DNA of 28,196 bases, from assembly GCA_041552375.1 (NCBI GenBank), contig JBFELD010000001.1, forward strand, positions 1 to 28,196, read 5' to 3'. A program made the translations under genes and the position numbers. The notes under the pieces are model-generated. The model had not been told where the DNA came from and did no database searches. It worked only from the letters and a program-made list of their open reading frames with translations. The stretch is from Kiloniellaceae bacterium. GTDB lineage: Bacteria; Pseudomonadota; Alphaproteobacteria; Kiloniellales; Kiloniellaceae. Positions 16,166 through 25,870 of the stretch are shown in pieces (position 1 is the stretch's first letter; the number at the start of each line of letters is the position of its first letter).

Positions 16166-17137
16166 TTACCAGAGATCGACCTCGATCCCGTCGAGCGAGA
16201 CCTGCGCCGGGCCCCGCCGCAGGGTGATCACCGCCACCTCCCCCGGGCAGAATGTTCTGAAAGGAAGGATGCACGCGCCGATGCCCCGGCTGGGGTAGCC
16301 CAGCATATCGCCGTGACGCCATACGCCGCTGGCCAGGTCTCGATGGCGTTTGAGACCGGTGGCGAAAGGTCGCTGGCCGGGAAGGCAGATCTGCCCGCCG
16401 TGGGTGTGTCCGGTGAGGTAAAGGCGGTGCCGGGCGGCGGCCTCGCCAGCGATCTCCGGCGAGTGAACGAGGGCGACGCAAAAGCCATCCGGCGCGGCCG
16501 CCAGTGCTCGCGGCGCCGCATCGGTATAAAAGCGATGGACATCGTCCAGTCCCGTGACATGCAGCCGATCCGCACCACGGGCGAACGACACCGTTTCGTT
16601 GATCAGCACGCGAATGCCGACGCCCTCCATGGGGTCGACCATCTCCGCGCTGTCGTGGTTGCCAAGGATACCCATAACGCCGTCGCGGGCGCGGACCTCC
16701 GAGACGATATGAGCGAGGCGATCCATGATCGGCGCCAACGGCGCATGGATGTTGTCGCGAATGTCTCCGGTGATCACACAGAGGTCGGCCTCGACCTTCG
16801 CCACGTGATCGGCCGCCGCAGCGGCCGTGCCGTCGATATTGTCCAGGTGAAGATCGGTCAAGTGCAGAACCCGGTAACCGTCAAATCCGGACGGTAGATC
16901 GGGATAACTAAGCGTCAACTCGCTCAAGGCAAGTCTCAACGCCCGCCTGGCCCCGACTTTCAGCGGATAGGTCAGCCGCAGCGCGTCGTGTAGAACCCGT
17001 GCCGTCCTGTAAAGATGGCCCCGCACGTGCCCCCGCCAAGGCTTGCCCGACGGGCGGGCTTCCATATCCCGCCTTTGTTCATGCCATTGGCGTCGCCGTG
17101 ATTGCGGCTCGGTAATGTGGTCCGTTCGAACTTGCAT
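16166..17137 (-). CDS. calcineurin-like metallophosphoesterase
   Basis: DLH, GD, GNHD, HSPE, GHTHGGQ motifs. Confidence 0.92.
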   Translation of the reverse strand: MQVRTDHITEPQSRRRQWHEQRRDMEARPSGKPWRGHVRGHLYRTARVLHDALRLTYPLKVGARRALRLALSELTLSYPDLPSGFDGYRVLHLTDLHLDNIDGTAAAAADHVAKVEADLCVITGDIRDNIHAPLAPIMDRLAHIVSEVRARDGVMGILGNHDSAEMVDPMEGVGIRVLINETVSFARGADRLHVTGLDDVHRFYTDAAPRALAAAPDGFCVALVHSPEIAGEAAARHRLYLTGHTHGGQICLPGQRPFATGLKRHRDLASGVWRHGDMLGYPSRGIGACILPFRTFCPGEVAVITLRRGPAQVSLDGIEVDLW

Positions 17138-17238
17138 GGCGTCTCGTTGACTAGAAGTGGGGATTGAGGCCGCGCGCGCAAGCGCCGGCGGCGACGATCA
17201 GCGCGGCAATCCGACCCAACGCGCCCGGAATTCGTGGC

Positions 17239-20200
17239 TCAAGGCGCCTCATAAGGGACGCGGAAGAAGATCGAATAGAAAACCGGCACGACGATCATCG
17301 TCAGGACCGTGGCAATCATCAGACCGAAGATGATGGTCACCGCCATGGCGACGAAAAAGGCATCGAAAATCAGAGGGATCATGCCCAACGCCGTCGTCAG
17401 TGCCGCCATCGACACGGGCCGCAGACGGCTGACGCCCGCATCGACGATGGCCTTGAAGACACCATGGCCCTCACGTTTTTGGATCTCGATCTCATCGATC
17501 AACACGATGGCGTTCTTGATCAGCATCCCGCTCAGGCTCATGAAGCCGAGCAGCGCCATGAAGCCGAAGGGTTGCTTGGTCAACAAAAGGCCGCCAGTGA
17601 CGCCGATGAGGCCAAGCGGCACCGTCAGCCATATGACCAATGGTTGGCGCAGGGCATTGAACAAGGCGATGACGATCAGGACCATGCCGAGAAAGAAGAA
17701 GGGCAAGCTTGCCGCTATGCCGGCTTGGGCCCGTTGCGAATCCCGGAACTCACCCCACCATTCGAGCTCGTAGTCGGGGCCGAGTTCGATCGCTTCCACC
17801 TTGGGGCGAATCCGTCCCAGAAGGACACTCGCCGGCCCGCTCACCGGGTCGGCGTGCACGGTGATCGTGGTCTTACGGTTCAAGCGTTGGATGATGTCAT
17901 CGGCAAAGGTGGTCTCGAACGACGAAACCACCTGCCTGAGCGGAATGTGCTGGTTCGCGGCGGGGCTCCAGATTTGGAGGTTGTTGATGCTGGCGACGTT
18001 TTCCCGCTCACTTTCCGGTGCGCGCATGACGATCGGCAGCAGCTCGTCTCTCTCCCGATAGACACCGACGTCCACACCTTGGAACCCGGACTTGGCGGTA
18101 AGCGCGATATCCGGTGTCGTAAGGGCGGCGTTGTTCGCCTCTTGCTCGGCAACCACCATGCGCACCGACTTGACGCGCTCTCGCCAATCCGTGCGGACCG
18201 CCTTGGCCCCGCCGTCCTCGTGCAGAATGGTCATGGTCTCTTCGGCAATGCCGCGCAGCTCGGCAGCGTCGGGGCCGCTGAACCGGATTTGGATCTTGCC
18301 GCCGGAGCCTGGCCCGAGGATGAACTTCCGCCCATAGACCTCGGTGTCGGGAAACGCTTCGGCGATGCCTTCCTCGACCTGAGGAACCATCTCGGCAATG
18401 GTCCGGTAGTCCTCCACGTCGACGAGGAATTGCACGTAAGCGCTGTTCACCTTCTCCGGCGCATAGGTCAGAAGGAAGCGCAAGCCTCCAGCCCCGACCA
18501 ACGACGTAACATGCGTTACACCCTCGAGACCGAGGAGATAATCTTCCACCTCAGCCGTGGTTTCGGTGGTCTTATCGATGTGTGTCCCTTGGGGCAGCCA
18601 CACATCGACCATGAACTGTGGCCGGGTCGAATCGGGAAAGAAGCTCTTGTCGATGAATTGGAACCCCCAGAGCGACCCCCCGAATATGCCAAGCACCACC
18701 GCCACAGTAACCCAGCGAAATCGAATGCTAGCGAGCAAAGCACCGCGGTATATCCGAAAAAGGATGCCGCCATAGGGGTCTCTCTCTGGTGCGTTCTCGG
18801 CCCCCTCCGCGGGCGCCTTAGGGGCTTTGAGAAACATCACCCCGAGCAACGGCGTCACCGTCATCGCCGTCACCCAGCTGAGGCTGAGTGAGATCAGCAC
18901 CACCTTGAACAGGGACTGACAGAACTCTCCGGTCGAATCATCGGAAAGTCCGATCGCCCCGAAAGCCATGATGGCCACGGCGGTGGCGCCAAGCAGCGGC
19001 AAGGCCGTCTGACCCACGACATCCATTGCCGCCTGCTTGGGCTCCTGCCCCTTTTGAATTCGGACCAGCATGCCGTCGACGACCACGATGGCGTTATCCA
19101 CCAACATGCCAAGGGCGATGATCAAGGCGCCGAGGGATATTCTCTCCAGCGCGACCTCCCACGGCCCCATGAAGATGAAGGTGCCGCTGATCGTCAGCGC
19201 GAGCACGAAACCGATCAAAAGGCCGCTGCGCACACCCATGAAGACCAACAGCACAACGACGACGATGGCGACCGCCTGGAGCAGACTTATGAGGAAACCG
19301 TCGATGGCGACGGTGACCGCCTCGGACTGCAAGGAGACGATACCTACCTCGATCCCCAGCGGGATCCTCGGGAGCAGCTCGCGCATGCGTGCGTCGACCG
19401 CCTCGCCCATGACCACCACGTTGCCGCCCGCGACGGTGGAGATACCAAGGCCGATGGCCGTATGGCCGTCATAGCGCAGCACGCGGTTTGGCGGATCCAC
19501 GTAGCCGCGCCGCACATCGGCCACATCGCGCAGAAAAATTTCGGAATCGGAGGCGCCGCCGCTCAGCAGAAGATCTTCGATCTCCTCGACCGAGGTGAAG
19601 GTACCGGTGGCATCGACGGCGATGAACTCGGGCCCGACTTCGACACGACCCGGGTCGGACACGATATTCTTCTCTCGCAGCCGATCGATGATGACCCCGG
19701 GATGTATTCCGAGCTGGGACATTCGGTCCCGGTTCGGCTCCACATAGACGGCTTCGTCAAGCTCGCCCCACAGCTCGATCTTCGCCACGTCCTTGACCAA
19801 CAAGAGCTCGCGCCGAAGGAGCTTAGCGACCTCCTTCAGCTCGGCGTAGCTGTATTCGTCGCCGTAAAGGGCGATGAATACGCCCCAGACGTCGCCGTAG
19901 TCGTCATTGACGATGGACGGGCCGGCACCCGGCGGCAGGGTCTGCTGGATGTCGCCCACCTTGCGGCGCAGCTCGTCCCAGACCTGGGGAAGATCTTCCT
20001 TGCGGTACTTGTCCTTGATGCGGACCGTGACCGTGGACAATCCCCGATCCGACTTGGACTCCACTTCCTTGAGTTGCCCCAACTGCTGGACCGCGGTTTC
20101 GATCTTGTCGCTGATCTCCTGCTCGACCTGCGCGGCCGTCGCGCCGGGATAGGGGGTGATGACGAGCGCTTCCTTGATCGTGAACTCCGGGTCTTCCAGC

Positions 20201-20301
20201 CGGGCCAGTCCCTGAAACGCCATAACCCCGCCGACCAGCAGCAGCACCGTCAAGACCAGCGTGGTCGTCTTGTTTCGAATCGACGCCTCGGCGATATTCA
20301 T
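17239..20301 (-). CDS. RND efflux transporter permease subunit (AcrB/AcrD/AcrF family)
   Basis: 1020 aa; EDPEFTIK..VITPYPGA, ALGMLVDNAIVV, KNAIVLID, RLRPVSM motifs. Confidence 0.95.
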   Translation of the reverse strand: MNIAEASIRNKTTTLVLTVLLLVGGVMAFQGLARLEDPEFTIKEALVITPYPGATAAQVEQEISDKIETAVQQLGQLKEVESKSDRGLSTVTVRIKDKYRKEDLPQVWDELRRKVGDIQQTLPPGAGPSIVNDDYGDVWGVFIALYGDEYSYAELKEVAKLLRRELLLVKDVAKIELWGELDEAVYVEPNRDRMSQLGIHPGVIIDRLREKNIVSDPGRVEVGPEFIAVDATGTFTSVEEIEDLLLSGGASDSEIFLRDVADVRRGYVDPPNRVLRYDGHTAIGLGISTVAGGNVVVMGEAVDARMRELLPRIPLGIEVGIVSLQSEAVTVAIDGFLISLLQAVAIVVVVLLVFMGVRSGLLIGFVLALTISGTFIFMGPWEVALERISLGALIIALGMLVDNAIVVVDGMLVRIQKGQEPKQAAMDVVGQTALPLLGATAVAIMAFGAIGLSDDSTGEFCQSLFKVVLISLSLSWVTAMTVTPLLGVMFLKAPKAPAEGAENAPERDPYGGILFRIYRGALLASIRFRWVTVAVVLGIFGGSLWGFQFIDKSFFPDSTRPQFMVDVWLPQGTHIDKTTETTAEVEDYLLGLEGVTHVTSLVGAGGLRFLLTYAPEKVNSAYVQFLVDVEDYRTIAEMVPQVEEGIAEAFPDTEVYGRKFILGPGSGGKIQIRFSGPDAAELRGIAEETMTILHEDGGAKAVRTDWRERVKSVRMVVAEQEANNAALTTPDIALTAKSGFQGVDVGVYRERDELLPIVMRAPESERENVASINNLQIWSPAANQHIPLRQVVSSFETTFADDIIQRLNRKTTITVHADPVSGPASVLLGRIRPKVEAIELGPDYELEWWGEFRDSQRAQAGIAASLPFFFLGMVLIVIALFNALRQPLVIWLTVPLGLIGVTGGLLLTKQPFGFMALLGFMSLSGMLIKNAIVLIDEIEIQKREGHGVFKAIVDAGVSRLRPVSMAALTTALGMIPLIFDAFFVAMAVTIIFGLMIATVLTMIVVPVFYSIFFRVPYEAP

Positions 20302-20328
20302 CGGCGGCAGGTCCTTACCCGGGTCGCA

Positions 20329-21396
20329 TCATTGATCATATGCGCGGACCTTCATCCCCTCGCGAAGCTGCGTCACGCCGGAGACCGCCACGATATCTCC
20401 CTCGGAAACCCCACTTTTGATCATGACCCGATCACCGAACAGCTCACCCAGTTCCACTGGTGTGCGGGCCACCGCCATGCTGTCGGGGTCCACCGTCCAG
20501 ACAAAAGCCTCTTCGTTTTCACCGCCTTGAGCCGCGCTCACCGGCACTGACCAAGCCCGTTCCGGGCTCACCACCGCCTGCACCCGCGCCGTCATGCCCG
20601 GCAGGATCGTCACGTCACCGGGATTCTCGAAATCAAGCTTGATCGCGAAAGTTCGTGTCACCGGATCGGCGGTCGTCGCGAACTCCTTGATTTTGGCCGG
20701 GAAGGCACGGTCGGGGATCGCGCTGACGATGACTTTCGGCTGCGAGCCTTCGGTCCGTTCCCCGGCCGAACGTGCCGAGCTACCCATGGTCATATCGCGC
20801 TCGGGGACGTGGATCTCGATCTCCAAAGTCGAGGTATCCTGCAAGATCAAGATCGGCTCCTTGGCTTCCACATTGGCGAAATCGTCGACGAGCTTGCGCG
20901 CCATGCGTCCCGAGAAAGGTGCGCGCAGGCCAGAGTCTCCCACGCCTTTCTGGGCGATCTCCAGATTGGCCTTGGCAACCTCATAGGCACGCAGATCACC
21001 GTCGATCTGCTTTTGCGAAATGGCGCCCGAGTCCTCTTTCTGGATGGAGAGACTGCGGTCGTAGTCGGCCTTGGCCTTGTCGACGTTGGCCTGTTGCGCC
21101 TTCAGCTCCGCTTCGTAGTCGCGCGGATCCAGTCGCGCCAAGAGCTCCCCCTGCACGATCTCGTCGCCTTCGAAGACGAAGAATTCGATGATCTGGCCCG
21201 GTACCTCGAAGGCGACCTCGGCGTTCTGGAAAGCGCGGATCGTGCCCGGGTAGTCGCGCACCGCGGCCTCATCGAGCGATCCGATCGTCTGCATCTTGAC
21301 CGGCCGAATGACCTCTTCAACCTGCGGCGGCGGCTCCTCACAGCCAACCAGGAAAAGCGAGATAAAGGCCGAAACCAACAATGTCAGAGTTCGCAT
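20329..21396 (-). CDS. RND efflux periplasmic adaptor (membrane fusion protein), lipoprotein
   Basis: Lipobox LVGC; VAFEVPGQI, ARLDPRDY, LRAPFSG, ADPVTRTF, LPGMTA motifs; upstream of the RND permease. Confidence 0.93.
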   Translation of the reverse strand: MRTLTLLVSAFISLFLVGCEEPPPQVEEVIRPVKMQTIGSLDEAAVRDYPGTIRAFQNAEVAFEVPGQIIEFFVFEGDEIVQGELLARLDPRDYEAELKAQQANVDKAKADYDRSLSIQKEDSGAISQKQIDGDLRAYEVAKANLEIAQKGVGDSGLRAPFSGRMARKLVDDFANVEAKEPILILQDTSTLEIEIHVPERDMTMGSSARSAGERTEGSQPKVIVSAIPDRAFPAKIKEFATTADPVTRTFAIKLDFENPGDVTILPGMTARVQAVVSPERAWSVPVSAAQGGENEEAFVWTVDPDSMAVARTPVELGELFGDRVMIKSGVSEGDIVAVSGVTQLREGMKVRAYDQ

Positions 21397-21660
21397 GATC
21401 AGTGTCCTGAAACACGGGGATCTAAATCGAAAGTTGTTATTTTAGGGCTTCAAGCCAAGTAAACTTTGTAGAGAAAGAAATCCTCCAAGGCCACCTTGTT
21501 TTGGTCTTGGATGTCATTTGCTCGAGAAAAAATCAATCGAAGGTAGTTGTCCTCCGCACCCCGATTGGGCGAGCCGCTTGCGGATCGGGGCGCGACGGGT
21601 AAGGTTGCCTGCCTCTTGGGACCGGGAACCGGTCGGCGGACGAAACGACGGCGAGACGTG

Positions 21661-22596
21661 ATGACCTACGATCGACTGAAGCGGCGCTTGAACGACGGCG
21701 GGGTCGTCGTTCTGGACGGTGCCACCGGCACGGAGCTGCAACGGCGGGGCGTGGCGATGGATCCCGCCGCCTGGTGCGGCCCGGCTAGCCTTCACAACGA
21801 AAGGCTTCTGAGCGAGATCCACGCCGACTACATCGCCGCGGGGGCCGAGGTCATCACCGCGAACACCTTCGCGTCCTCGCGCCTCATGCTCTCTCCCGCC
21901 GGTTTCGGCGACCAGGTCGAAGAGATCAATCGGCGCGCCGTCGAAGCGGCTTTGCGCGCCCGCGACGCGGCGGCCGACGCCGATGAGGTGATCGTCGCCG
22001 GCTCGATCTCGCATATGGTGCCGGTGGCGCGGGGCACAGCCGTGGTCGACCCCGGTACAGTGCCCGATGAGGCCGCGATGGCGGCCGCGTTCCACGAGCT
22101 GGCACAGATACTCGCGAACGCCGGCTGTGAGCTGATCATCATGGAGATGATGTACCATCCGGGACGAATTCGCCTCGCGCTCGAGGCCGCGCAGTCCACA
22201 GGTCTTCCCATCTGGTTCGGGATCAGCGTCCGGCACGGCGCGGATGGGCGCGTTGTCAGCTTCCATCAGGCCGAAGACCTATCGCTCGATGAGGTGACCC
22301 GCCTTCTACCCGCGGCGGGCGTCGATGCCGCCGGCATCATGCACAGCGGCGCCGATCTGGTTACGGAAGCACTCACGTCCGTGCGGCGCCATTTCGATGG
22401 TCCGCTCATGGCCTACCCGGACTCCGGATACTTCGAGATGCCCGATTGGCGTTTCGTCGACATCATCTCGCCGGATCGTTTCGAGACCTTCTGCCGTGAC
22501 TGGATCTCCGGTGGCGTACAGATCATCGGCGGTTGCTGCGGCCTCACGGTGGAGCACGTGAAGGCCAGCGTGCGGGCGCGCGACGCGCTGGCCTAG
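21661..22596 (+). CDS. homocysteine S-methyltransferase family protein (Zn TIM barrel)
   Basis: LDGATGTEL, YIAAGAEVITANTF, MAYPDSG, IIGGCCG motifs. ATG 21661 is preferred over TTG 21547. Confidence 0.9.
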   Translation: MTYDRLKRRLNDGGVVVLDGATGTELQRRGVAMDPAAWCGPASLHNERLLSEIHADYIAAGAEVITANTFASSRLMLSPAGFGDQVEEINRRAVEAALRARDAAADADEVIVAGSISHMVPVARGTAVVDPGTVPDEAAMAAAFHELAQILANAGCELIIMEMMYHPGRIRLALEAAQSTGLPIWFGISVRHGADGRVVSFHQAEDLSLDEVTRLLPAAGVDAAGIMHSGADLVTEALTSVRRHFDGPLMAYPDSGYFEMPDWRFVDIISPDRFETFCRDWISGGVQIIGGCCGLTVEHVKASVRARDALA

Positions 22597-22619
22597 AGCA
22601 TCGGTCCATAGTGGATTCT

Positions 22620-23882
22620 ATGAACATAGATGAAATTGTCACCGCAGGCCTTTGTATTGGCTGCGGACTTTGCCGGAGCATCGCCGGCGCCGAGACGATC
22701 GACATGGTCACGACGCCGGAAGGACGCGAGCGGCCCGTCGCTCTGAAGCGACTGTCGCCGGAGATACTGGCCAACCTCAACCAAGTCTGTCCGGGAACAC
22801 GGATCGAGGGCGCTCGCGCCGAGACCCTGCCGGACGATGCACGGACGGATCTCGTCTGGGGGCCGGCCATACCCAGGCTCATGGCCATCGCTTATGCCGG
22901 CGACCCCGAGGTTCGGTTCCGCGGTGCCGCCGGCGGTGTGCTCACGGCGCTGGGCCAGCATCTGCTGCGGAGCGGTGAGGTCGAATTAGTGTTGCACGTG
23001 CGCAGCGCGCCGGACGCTCCCATGCGCTCGCTCGCCACCGTCAGCGAGACACCGGATGCCGTGCTCGAGGCGGCGGCGTCGCGCTACGGTCCCGCCGCCG
23101 TGCTCGAGGACCTGAACGCCGTTCTCGCGCGCGGCCGCCCGCTGGCCGTCATCGCCAAACCTTGCGATATCGGTGCCGTGAGAAACCTGGCCCGTATCGA
23201 CCGAAAGGCAGCGGAGCTCGTGCGCTATTGTCTGACACTCGCCTGTGGCGGCGCGTCGGACCTGAGGAAGTCCCAGGACGTGTTGGATCGCCTCGGATTC
23301 GAGGAAAAAGAGCTGAGCTTGTTCCGCTATCGCGGCCACGGCAATCCCGGGCCGACCCGGATCGAGGCCGAGGACGGCCGTGCTGTCGAGGTCACCTACG
23401 AGGATATGTGGGGAGATGAGGCCGGCTGGCGTATCCAACCCCGCTGCAAGATCTGCCCCGATGCCATTGGCGAGGCCGCCGACGTGGTCTCCGCCGATTG
23501 CTGGCCGGGTGGGGCGCCCGTGGCCGAGGACGATGGCTTCAACGCGGTCATGGTGCGCACCGAAGCCGGCGCGCGGCTCTTCGAGGCCGCGGTGGCCGAG
23601 GGTGCGATAGTCCTCGACCGGCCCATCGGTTTTCGGGACATGGATAACTTCCAGCCCCATCAGGTGCGCAAGAAGCACGCTGTCTGGGCCCGCCTCGAAG
23701 GCATGGTCGCCGCCGGGATGCCGATACCGCAGGTCGAACGCCTGCGCATCGCCGACTTGGCGGCCACCAATGACCAAGAACTCAATGATCGCGAACGGCG
23801 CGGTGCGGAGGAGCGGGCCCGCGTCGGCAGACTAGGTGAGCCCCCGGCGCGCCGCGACGGCAGAATGGATCCTGCTGTCTAG
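22620..23882 (+). CDS. FrhB/FdhB-like (coenzyme F420 hydrogenase beta-subunit family) Fe-S flavoprotein
   Basis: CIGCGLC...CPG ferredoxin-like start; GGVLTAL, SRYGP, KPC, CGG, RCKICPD...ADVVSADCW motifs; starts 23 nt after the methyltransferase stop. Confidence 0.87.
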   Translation: MNIDEIVTAGLCIGCGLCRSIAGAETIDMVTTPEGRERPVALKRLSPEILANLNQVCPGTRIEGARAETLPDDARTDLVWGPAIPRLMAIAYAGDPEVRFRGAAGGVLTALGQHLLRSGEVELVLHVRSAPDAPMRSLATVSETPDAVLEAAASRYGPAAVLEDLNAVLARGRPLAVIAKPCDIGAVRNLARIDRKAAELVRYCLTLACGGASDLRKSQDVLDRLGFEEKELSLFRYRGHGNPGPTRIEAEDGRAVEVTYEDMWGDEAGWRIQPRCKICPDAIGEAADVVSADCWPGGAPVAEDDGFNAVMVRTEAGARLFEAAVAEGAIVLDRPIGFRDMDNFQPHQVRKKHAVWARLEGMVAAGMPIPQVERLRIADLAATNDQELNDRERRGAEERARVGRLGEPPARRDGRMDPAV

Positions 23883-25870
23883 AGACCGAGGGCGAGCTTG
23901 CGCGCCTCATAGATCGCCATGTGCGCCGTGCGCGAGGCAACGGCATCGCCGATGGTGTGCACCTCGATTTCCGCGTCCCGCAGGTCATCGAACAGGCCGG
24001 TATCCGAGGTGTTGGTGCAGGCAAGCACGAGCGAGTCGAAGTCGCGCTCCTCACGCTCGCCCGTATAGAGATTGACCAGGGTCGCCGTGTTGCCTTGCCA
24101 AGACTCCAGCGCCGTCGCCAGGACCACCTCGACGCCGAAGGTCATGAAGCGTTCGCGCGTCGTATCGCCGGTGAGGCTCAAGTCGAGCTTGGCGGCCGCC
24201 TTTTCCGAGGGCGTCACGACGGTCACGAAGTGGCGCTGCTGAGCGAGGTGCAAGGCCGTGCCAGTAGCCGGCCACCAGCCGTCGATATCATCAAGCAAAA
24301 GGACATTGGTGCCCGGTACGACGCTGCCGTCCAGGACGTCGTGAACGGTGCAGACATTGTCCTGTTCGACACCGGGCAACGCGTCAAGATGAGGGAAGAC
24401 GCGCTGAAAGCCCGTTCGCGTCGGCTTGGAGCCGGTGCAGACGACCACGGCATCTGCGCCTGACCGCGCGACATCCTCAGCCGTCACCGTACGGCGCAGA
24501 TCGACCTTGACCTGAAGCTTTTCGAGCTGGCGCTGATACCAGGTGAGAAGCCCGCCGATCTCACCCCGCTCGGGCTGTCCCGCGGCCAGGCGGAACTGCC
24601 CGCCCAGCTCGCCGCTCGCTTCGACGAGGCGCACCCGATGCCCGCGCTCCGCGGCGATCCGCGCGGTCTCGAGGCCGGCGGGCCCGCCGCCCACGACCAG
24701 TACGTCGCGCGGGCTGTCGGCCGGCGCTGGAATGTCGCCGCCCCACTCGCTCTCGCGCGCCACCGACGGATTGACCAGACAACTCGCCCAGTAATCGCGC
24801 AGCCGTCGGCCGATGCAGAGCTGATTACACGAGATACACGGGCGGATGTCCTCGTCTCTACCTTCACGGGCCTTCGCCACCCAGTGCGGATCGGCGATCT
24901 GCCCACGCACGATGCTGACCAGGTCGGACTGCCCGGCGGCCAGGATTTCCTCGCCGTTCTGCGGCGTCTTGATGCGGGACTCGGCGGTGACCAAGGCGTG
25001 TTTGAGAGCACCCTTGTAGGCCTGCGCATCGGAGGCGCCGAGCTTCATGCCGAACTGGAAGCTAGGGACGATCTTCGAGAAATCGTGCAGATAGCTCCCC
25101 GTCCCGCAGGAGATGTAGTCGATGAGGCCGCGCTCGTCGAGGTAGCTGGCGATCTCCAGTTTGTCCTCGATCGTCAGCCCGCCGGGCACCGGCTCGGCAC
25201 CGGACACGGTCATACCGATGATGAAGTCCTCTCCCGCCATCTTGCGAATGCCGCTCAACACCTCCACGGCGAAACGCACCCGGTTTTCGAGGCTTCCGCC
25301 CCACTTGTCCGTGCGCTTGTTGGTGATCGGCGACCAGAACTGATCGGTCAGGCAATTGTAAGCGGCATAGAACTCGATGCCATCGAACCCCGCATCCTTG
25401 TCGCGCCGTGCGGCGGCGATGAAGGCTTCGATCAGCTCCTCGATTTCCGCCTCGCTCATCGCGTGGCTGCCCCAGGGGTCGTGCATGCCCGGCACGCCCG
25501 AAGGCGACCAGTAGGGCTCCCACGAGTTGTCCTGATCGCCATGTCCGCCGACGTGATAGATCTGGTGGATCATGGTCGTGCCGTGCAGGTGGCACTCGTC
25601 GGTGATCCGCCGGAAGTGCGGGATCACCTCGTCGCTCTCGGCGAGGAAATTGCCGCGAATGAGAACGCCCGTGCGGTGGGCCGGCGACGGCTCGACGACG
25701 ATCATCGCCGCCCCGCCCCGGGCCCGTTCCCGGTAATAGCCGAAGTGGCGGTCACCCGGCAGGCCCTCGTGGCTCATGTTGACGGTGTGGGGGCCGAAGA
25801 CGACGCGGCTGGAGAGCTCGCGGTGACGAAGCTTGATCGGCGAAAGGAGGTTTGGGAATTGCTCGCTCAT
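23879..25870 (-). CDS. NADH:flavin oxidoreductase (OYE TIM barrel + 4Fe-4S + FAD/NAD domain), StcD/DgcA/TMADH-like
   Basis: YYRERARGG, NKRTDKWGGSLENR.RF, C-x2-C-x3-C-x11-C (CISCNQLC...C), VLVVGGGPAGLETA, IGDAVA.R motifs. Confidence 0.92.
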   Translation of the reverse strand: MSEQFPNLLSPIKLRHRELSSRVVFGPHTVNMSHEGLPGDRHFGYYRERARGGAAMIVVEPSPAHRTGVLIRGNFLAESDEVIPHFRRITDECHLHGTTMIHQIYHVGGHGDQDNSWEPYWSPSGVPGMHDPWGSHAMSEAEIEELIEAFIAAARRDKDAGFDGIEFYAAYNCLTDQFWSPITNKRTDKWGGSLENRVRFAVEVLSGIRKMAGEDFIIGMTVSGAEPVPGGLTIEDKLEIASYLDERGLIDYISCGTGSYLHDFSKIVPSFQFGMKLGASDAQAYKGALKHALVTAESRIKTPQNGEEILAAGQSDLVSIVRGQIADPHWVAKAREGRDEDIRPCISCNQLCIGRRLRDYWASCLVNPSVARESEWGGDIPAPADSPRDVLVVGGGPAGLETARIAAERGHRVRLVEASGELGGQFRLAAGQPERGEIGGLLTWYQRQLEKLQVKVDLRRTVTAEDVARSGADAVVVCTGSKPTRTGFQRVFPHLDALPGVEQDNVCTVHDVLDGSVVPGTNVLLLDDIDGWWPATGTALHLAQQRHFVTVVTPSEKAAAKLDLSLTGDTTRERFMTFGVEVVLATALESWQGNTATLVNLYTGEREERDFDSLVLACTNTSDTGLFDDLRDAEIEVHTIGDAVASRTAHMAIYEARKLALGL

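Noticed and set aside
17164-20550. Long + strand ORFs (575 aa at 17164-18891 and 498 aa at 19054-20550)
   Set aside because: Antisense shadows of the RND permease, expected in GC-rich coding DNA; no recognisable motifs.
17239-21396. RND pair lacking an outer-membrane channel gene
   Set aside because: Common arrangement, as TolC is typically encoded elsewhere; transport motifs look normal.
21556-21593. SAM/SAH riboswitch upstream of the methyltransferase
   Set aside because: A hairpin exists (CCCCGAT/ATCGGGG) but I could not match SAM-II, SAM-SAH or SAH consensus elements; an Infernal/Rfam scan would settle it.
22620-23882. Evidence for an F420-reducing hydrogenase or methanogen-like metabolism
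   Set aside because: No NiFe large or small subunit, maturation or F420 genes are present; stand-alone FrhB homologues are known in bacteria.
23879-23882. 4-nt overlap of convergent stop codons (CTAG)
   Set aside because: Ordinary for convergent genes and not evidence of a functional link.
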